In this document: positions 54,804 through 64,000 of the stretch, one piece after another | How the letters are laid out: each line of letters starts with the position of its first letter | Position numbering within the stretch: position 1 is the first letter of the stretch | Assembly: GCA_964016885.1 (NCBI GenBank) | Contig: OZ024742.1 | Location: forward strand, 29,264,001 to 29,328,000 | Direction: 5' to 3' | Length of the DNA stretch: 64,000 nucleotides | From: Eledone cirrhosa | Lineage: Eukaryota | The notes under the pieces: generated by a model | Told to the model about the DNA's origin: nothing | What the model saw: only the letters and a program-made list of their open reading frames with translations | The model's database searches: none | Position numbers and translations under genes: made by a program

Positions 54804-55406
54804 CAATTTCAGTTACTTCCGTACCATAGTTTCAGACTAGTATCCAGAAAATGTGGACGCACCAGTGTGTTATCGGACATTCGCCGTATTTGTTGAAGCA
54901 ATAAAGAAGACGGCAACCTCTCCGGTGATGTGTAATGGTACACCTACACTATCTGTTGGACTGGAAATGAAAAGAATTTCATATCGTGTTTGTAACTCTG
55001 GCATTCTCTAAATAGGTGACATAGTGTGGTTTCTGATATGATATTTCTCCGTTAAACATAGATAACACCGTTTTGAACTTTACTGCATGGAGTGTTTCTG
55101 GTTAGAATATTGTATGTGATACTGGTACAATGAACCGTTCTTTTGCTAGATGTGCTTAGAAAGCAAGGTGGTAATTATAATATATTTACAAGATGAATGT
55201 ATACACATATGTGTATATAAATATAAATATGTATACATATGTGTGTGTGTGTTGTCTCTACATATATGAATGTATGTATGTATATATATATATAAGTATA
55301 GATGTGTGTACACATGCCTATGCCTATGGTATATATATACCATAGGCATGTATATATATATATATATATTATATATGCGTCTGGGTGTGTGTGTATGCAT
55401 GTCTGT

Positions 55407-55480
<74 letters not shown>

Positions 55481-55749
55481 AAATGGCATGCTGCGTGGAT
55501 GCAAATGGGTTTATATATATATATATAATTATATAACTATGTGTGTATTTCTGTATGTTATGTAGTATGTGGTGTATGAGTCTGTATATGTGTAGGACTG
55601 TATGTTATGTAGTATGTGGTGTATGAGTCTATATATGTGTAGGACTGTATGTGAGCATTCTCCTCTCAAACTGACAATTTCATTACATGAGCAATGAAGT
55701 AAAACAATAACCAGTCTCTCCCCTTCATTCTCCCCATCGCCATAAACAC

Positions 55750-56790
<1,041 letters not shown>

Positions 56791-56950
56791 TTCCACTTAA
56801 ATATGTACACGTTAAATATGTACAAGGAATATATACTAATGGAAGCCACATAAAAATATTTATAATAATAGACCGGGTGTACAGGGAGTTGCGTACTTAC
56901 ATACCCCCCTCTCTCTCTATATATATATGTATATATATATATACATATAC

Positions 56951-56999
<49 letters not shown>

Positions 57000-57214
57000 C
57001 TTGTATATATTTATATATATAAAAATATATACTTGTATATATTTATACATATATATAGATAGATATATATATATACATATATACAATTATATAAATACAT
57101 ACATATATACATATATATATACATATATATGTATATATATGTATATATATATATCCATATATACATATATGTAATTTTATATATATACATATAAGCATAT
57201 ATATATATGTATAT

Positions 57215-57282
<68 letters not shown>

Positions 57283-58017
57283 GTGCATATCTCGTTAACC
57301 ATCAAGCTATCTACATATCGATCTATGTACACATCTATATATATAAGTGTATATATATGCCATGTGATTATTTGCCAGTGGTGCGTATATGCGGGTATGT
57401 CTATATGTGTATGTGTATGAGTGTACAAATTATGCGTGTGTGTATGTATTTGTGTATATGTGTGTATATGCGTGTGTATGCATGCCTGTGTGTGTATATG
57501 TGTGTATATGCGTGTATATGCGTGTGTTTGTATATGTGTGTGATAGTTTAGTGTTCTATATACAAAAGAGTTATATCTTTGAGCAAGATACTTATTTCAC
57601 GTTGCTCGAGTCCACTCAGTCATGTCATGCTGAATCTCCCTGAGAATTGCGTTTAGGGTACACGTGTTCCTGGAAAGTCCAACTACTTACACATTCATTG
57701 AACGAGTAGGCTGTTCTGTTGGTCGAAATATTGGAACACCAGGAACTGATGGAGGTCCGATACACACGCTCACGCACACATACATATTCATATACACACA
57801 CTCACACACACATACACATACTCACACGCAGACATACACACACATACATACACATTCAAACACACTCAAATGCAGACATACACACAGACACACACACACA
57901 TGCACTCTGTCACACACCCACACAGTCACATTGGTTTAACTAACTTTGTCCATTTATATGCTTACATACGTATTTACCTCGCGTATATCTATCTATATAT
58001 CTATATACACACATGTG

Positions 58018-58086
<69 letters not shown>

Positions 58087-59035
58087 ATGTGTGCGTGTGT
58101 GTATTCGTATCTATCTCTCTACCTGTTTCATTGCTCTTCAATAGACTTGCTGTGTTTCTATACCTTACGATTTAACCAGTGTACAGATATACATATATAT
58201 GTGTGTGTTTGTGTGTGTGTAAATAGATAGATATATATATTGATAGATGAAGGGATATATGTGTCTCTGTGTATGTATGTATCAAGAGCGAGATAGAGAT
58301 AGAGAGAGAGATCATTTAAGTCGGCCATATTTAATAGATTCTTCACATCGGTGGAGAGACAATTTTCTCTGTTCAGCAGCGCCACCTGCCAAGAAAGCTT
58401 GTTTATCCAATATATCGCCTTCCCTCATGCTCGTCCCCTTCTACTCACCATATTCAGCCTCATACATGGGCGGCTTCTACATCTTGTCAATCGATTTACT
58501 AAAGAACAAAGTGTTTTTCTCACACAGTTTATCTATTCTTTTGGAGAATTTGCAATGGCTGCGCGGATACGGTATTTGCAATTTGACTGAACGTCGAGCT
58601 ACGATTCTAGAATAGAGACTGATTAGTCAACTAACTTACACACGACGACAGATCTAATTCCTCTAACCATTAGGCTTTATTTCTAGCAAGATTTTTTCGT
58701 TGTTAACCTAGCAGTTGTTTCGGGTGGATAATCTAGACTGCATAATCTAGGCTGCATATTTGTTATAAACGGGTACATCGGGAACAAACCTCACGGGATA
58801 TGGGGCAAATTTTTCCTCTGATAAACCAAGTCTAGACGGTTAGAAGAACAGGTAGCACATCATCTGGTGATGTTCCTCGGGGTAGACTAGTCCAGTTCTC
58901 AGAAATATATACTGTAGACAAGTTTTGTTGTATACAACGTCGGATAGAATACTTTCCTTCTCACTTTGCTCTCTCAATTCAATTCCTGCCGAAGTCAACT
59001 TTATCTTTCATCCCCTTGAGGGTGATAAAAAATAC

Positions 59036-59495
59036 CTGTGATAGACTTTACATCTGGTGAAATTTACTGTGATAGACTTTACATCTGGTGAAATTTGCTG
59101 TGATAGACATTACATCTGGTGTAATTTAGACGTTATATCTGGTGTAATTTACTGTGATAGACGTTACATCTGGTGTAATTTACTGTGATAGACGTTACAT
59201 CTAGTGTAATTTACTGTGATAGAGGTTACATCTGGTATAATTTACTGTGATAGACGTTACATCTGGTGTAATTTACTGTGATAGACGTTACATCTGGTGT
59301 AATTTACTGTGATAGACTTTAGATCTGGTGTAATTTACTGTGATAGATTTTACATCTAGTGAAATTTACTGTGATAGACTTTACATCTGGTGTAATTTAC
59401 TGTGAACGGTTTTACATCTGATGAAATTTAGTGTGACAGACTTTACATCTGGTGAAATTTGCTGTGAAAGACTTTACATCTCGTAACATTTACTG
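59036..59495. repeat. 31-bp minisatellite (~15 copies)
   Basis: Unit ctgtgatagacgttacatctggtgtaattta. Confidence 0.95.
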
Positions 59496-59982
59496 ATCTA
59501 TAAAGACCAGATCATCTGCAACAGACCAGCTTATAAGTCAGAAAAATATCATTTGTGAGTGACCCGACGTCATTTTCATGGAATTGAAACCCGGAACCTA
59601 AGAATTGCGAACCGAATTTTCTAACCATTCGGATTCAACTATGGCATGTCCACTCCAACGGCCATAAATAAATAAATAAAAACTTGCCTGAACATATCTT
59701 TCAGTTGAATCGTTCATACGAGTATCTAAATAAACAGATCAAGGGGATTGATTGCATACATACATATAGTTATTATATATTTATGAATATGTATTTATGC
59801 ATTTGTTCTGTTGCTGGTTTCAGTCATTAGGCTGCGTCCATGCTGGAGCATCGCCTTGTTTTAGTCCATTATATCGACCACAGCACTTAGTTTCTTCAAT
59901 TACGTTATGTTTTTCTATTGATCTCTTCTTTTGTCGACGTTCTAAACTATGGGACGCAGCCACAAACGTAAACACAGACTTG

Positions 59983-60112
<130 letters not shown>

Positions 60113-60318
60113 TGGATACATACATACATATATTAACACACATAAAATACAAATACTCATCTTCATTTTATGTGTATGTGTGTGTGTGTGTATGGGAGTG
60201 AGATTATGTGTAAATGTATGTGCATGTGCCTGAGTGTGTATAATTTTGCGGCGCAACCATTTTTAACTGTATACATATACCTATATACCTATACATTTAT
60301 ATACATACGTATATATAA

Positions 60319-60390
<72 letters not shown>

Positions 60391-60412
60391 ATATACATAC
60401 ATACATACATAA

Positions 60413-60459
<47 letters not shown>

Positions 60460-60488
60460 TATATATATATGTATGTATGTATGTATAT

Positions 60489-60579
<91 letters not shown>

Positions 60580-60592
60580 ATGTATATATATA

Positions 60593-60656
60593 AGAGCTCA
60601 AGCCGTTTCGACGGCTATTTCTGTCCAGAAATAGCCGTCGAAACGGCTTGAGCTCT
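60593..60656. repeat. Perfect 31-bp-arm hairpin from the same repeat terminus as 13913 and 39050
   Basis: agagctcaagccgtttcgacggctatttctg-tc-cagaaatagccgtcgaaacggcttgagctct. Confidence 0.88.
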
Positions 60657-60679
60657 GCCGTCGGGGTTAAACATTTTCC

Positions 60680-60784
<105 letters not shown>

Positions 60785-60926
60785 GTATATATGTATATAT
60801 ATATACACACAGACACAATGGCATTCATATTTTTCAACGTCTTTAATATCTCTCAAGATATGTGCGGTTACGTCTGTATGTGTGTGTTTATGTATATGTG
60901 CAAGTGTGTATGTGTATGTGTGTATG

Positions 60927-60974
<48 letters not shown>

Positions 60975-61658
60975 ATATAATGTTTTATGAATGGTGTGTT
61001 TTTTTAAAAAGAAGAGTGCCTTTATTTGTTACTTCGTTTGTTAGCATCATACATTTTTTCCTTTACTTTTCTTTCCTTCCTCTCTCTCTCTCTTTCTTTC
61101 TCTTTTTCTCCTTCATCTTCTCTCTCTCTATCTCTCTATCTCTCTATCTCTCTATCACTTTCTCTCTCTCTAACTATCTTTATTTATTTCTCTTTATCTC
61201 TCTCCCTCTCTTCTTGCTCGAGGTGGGTTTTTTTTTTAGTTTTTTTCGTCCGCCATCTTTAAATTTACAGATCTGTAAATCACTGTAGGTTTTATCTAAA
61301 CAATGATAATACTCTAGATCAATAATTCCATTTACATATCCAATATATAATATCGTAAATGAACAAAAAATATACGACGAAAAAAACTGACAGCTTTTAA
61401 TTGTGGAAGATAAGTTAACCACTGCTTTGGCCGTCATTGATTCTTTTGTGTTGTTGTTTTTGTGAGTTAGCTTTTCTTTTGTACGTCCGCCTTTTGATCT
61501 GTTTCCGGTTTGCTTGAAAAGCACAATAGTAGATATATTTGTATGTATTTACTTATTTAAAAGTTATGATAAATATGTCGTATATGGCGCTGGAGGTGAG
61601 GAGGATGGAGGAATCGGTTGTATGTCAAATGAAACATCGTTACTCACACCTCTGATTC

Positions 61659-61942
61659 ACAGCTTAAAGCATTTTAGTTTAATGTTCTGAAATTCAACTC
61701 ATTCTGCAGTTTTTTACAATAGGTATCAGTAATATGCCAGGGTCTTTCTCTGATTTCATAAGGTGTTAAGTGACTAAAGGGAGACAACTGCCACTTGGAC
61801 GAGACTCACCCCTCTGGTTAACAGCTTAAAGCATTTTAGTTTAATGTTCTGAAATTCAACTCATTCTGAGGTTTCTTTTACAATAAGTATCAGTAATATG
61901 CCAGGGTCTTTCTCTGATTTCATAAGGTGCTAAGTGACTAAA
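61659..61942. repeat. Tandem duplication of ~120 bp (period ~162)
   Basis: acagcttaaagcattttagtttaatgttctg..taagtgactaaa at 61659 and 61821. Confidence 0.85.
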
Positions 61943-63474
61943 AATAGACGACTCTTTCCTGGATGAGAAGCCAGTCCATCACAACGTTAACTCCTACATG
62001 CTGCAGGTACTCATTCTTTTTCCAGTTGAGTGGTAGACGTATCAAGTATCAGCAATGGAAAGACCGATGGAAACATTGCTTACTTGGTCCGATTTGACGA
62101 GTTCCACTCCACACAATAAGCGAATGAGGTCTGGGATCTTGTCGATCAATTCGATCGTTCGATGATATATATATCAGGTAACGGGGTGGCTGTGGTTGGC
62201 CTCTGTAAATATAACCCAGGGGACACAAAGAAGGAAGGATTCATTAATGTGTGCAAACCTAAAAGTAATTGGCGAATTGACAAAGTAGTCGGAGCGTGCG
62301 ACAAAATACCTTGTAGTAATAGTTTTGACTTCCTAGCAACTTCGTTCAAATCTCGTCGAGATCAACTTTATCTTTCATTCAAGGTCACTAAAATAAAGTA
62401 CCAGTCTATAGCAATTGATTTGTAGAATCCATAGAGTACTGGGTGCCTTGTGATATTTGTTTCGGCTCGTTGTATTCTGGGTTTATATCTTACTGTAGCC
62501 TACTTGGATTGCAGATTTAATCAATCACCCATTTTAACATCAGTAGCTGGTTGTTGAGTGTCTTTAGTAGAATACACTTTGCCGCAAGCATTCAGTTCTT
62601 TTCTCTGGTTTGAAAATATCTTCTTCTCTGTGTCCCACTAGTCCCAGAAGACTCGAAAAGGGAGCATGAATATGACACTTCCGTCACTTATTGAGCAGCC
62701 ATTAAATGAACATCACTTAAAGACTAAAGTGTGATCGGGTAGTTTGCTAGGGAAGGGAGTCAATATTGTGAAGATAGCTTTCGATAGACTAGCGACATAT
62801 CCGTGAGCTGATTTCTCTGTCAGTCTTTTAGAGCTATGGAAGCAGGAAACAAATCATGGAACCAATGCTTCGATTGATGATGATTGTGAGGCGAACTTCT
62901 TAACTACTCACCCAACTTGCACCTGAAAGATAGAATGCATGATTACTAAATGTATCAGAGTAATTAGTTATTTATGTGGTAATACATTCTCGGTCTCCCA
63001 ATACCTCGGCCCCAAATGGCCAAATACGGCCAGAGGTAGGAGGCAGTCAAGGTCAACTGGGGATGGGTTCCTCAAACAGGAGTGAGAAGGCCCAGGATTT
63101 GGGATTTTGGACATTCTCATTTCAAATCCTACTTTTTTTTAAGTAACAAGAAATTTTATTTCGTAGTAGAGTTATATAAACATACAGAAAAAGAGAGCCG
63201 TATTGGAAATGGCTATAAATGCCATAAATGAGAGAAAAAGGACAAGAAGAGCAAGGACTACTAGACAAATTCAAGTGTACCGTGTTGGTAATAACATAAA
63301 TACCAGTTGTATACTGACGTGTTTCCATCAACTCTGGCCATACCTTGTAAAATACTGGAATGTATCTACATTCATTCATCTACACTCTAGCTACAACTAT
63401 TATTTGTAACACCTAAGTCAAAGTCAATAAAACTTTGGACAAAATGAGACTTCATATTTAAACTCGACACTTTA

Positions 63475-63647
63475 CGAAGATCGTTTGAAGAGTTCATAGG
63501 CTGACCAAGATACTCTCATGTTAGTGACCAAATGGTGTTTATTTTTCAACGTAGTCCTTGGAAAGAAACATGCAGTTATTAATAAGAAGATTTGAAATTA
63601 AGACATGCAGGTTTTCACAGTTCTATGAACATTTCAGCCGAACCTCG
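63475..63647. mobile_element. Mariner-derived MITE remnant with TA TSD
   Basis: ta-cgaagatcgtttgaagagttcatag ... ctatgaacatttcagccgaacctcg-ta. Internal tatttttcaacgtagtcc resembles mariner subterminal sequence. Confidence 0.65.
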
Positions 63648-64000
63648 TATGTTTTGAGTTCAAATCTCGTGGAAGATTTTATATTTCATCCTCCCGGGTT
63701 CGGAATATTGAGTAGCATCCATGTAATATTTTGAAATAATTAACATCAGGCCCTCATATTTTATTCATAAGTATCAGCCACTCTTGATTCCATTGCGTTA
63801 CTTCTGTCAAAAACTGTTATCTGGAAACAATATTCGAAATCTTTAAAATGGCCGTCGTTGCGAAACTAAAGAAGCCGGAACATGCTACAATCGCCTACCA
63901 TCATATTTCTGACGTAATAAACCCTATTAATGGCTTGCCTCATCCTACTCCCCTTCCTCTAACCTATTTTCCTTCTCCAGATTGGAGCTTCGCGTAATAG

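Noticed and set aside
58247-58615. Overlapping ORFs in unique, moderately GC-rich DNA
   Set aside because: No recognisable domain, and candidate minus-strand splice frames contain stops.
59036-59495. 31-bp repeat of CRISPR-like length
   Set aside because: Contiguous tandem units with no spacers.

Overview
Eukaryotic, AT-rich, repeat-dominated genomic DNA with no confidently identifiable host gene. The SINE families and massive (TA)n/(CA)n tracts suggest a cephalopod (octopus-like) genome; this is inferred from recall. The main feature is a young ~5.5-kb Penelope-like retroelement (RT + GIY-YIG, Naiad-like) with a ~1.8-kb inverted copy of its 3' part and a minimal hammerhead ribozyme in each arm. 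Also present: other Penelope-type remnants and hairpins carrying hammerheads; decayed LINEs (Tx1/L1, R4/Dong, CR1-group, RTE); three copies plus one terminus of a non-autonomous bipartite RTE element with a structured, co-varying 5' leader, one sitting beside its own empty site; many tRNA-derived SINEs, some in tandem; a Helitron-type element; MITEs; a 3.4-kb 20-bp satellite with a small inverted seed copy; and several fold-back palindromes centred on (TA)n. Most ORF-track entries are microsatellite translations.
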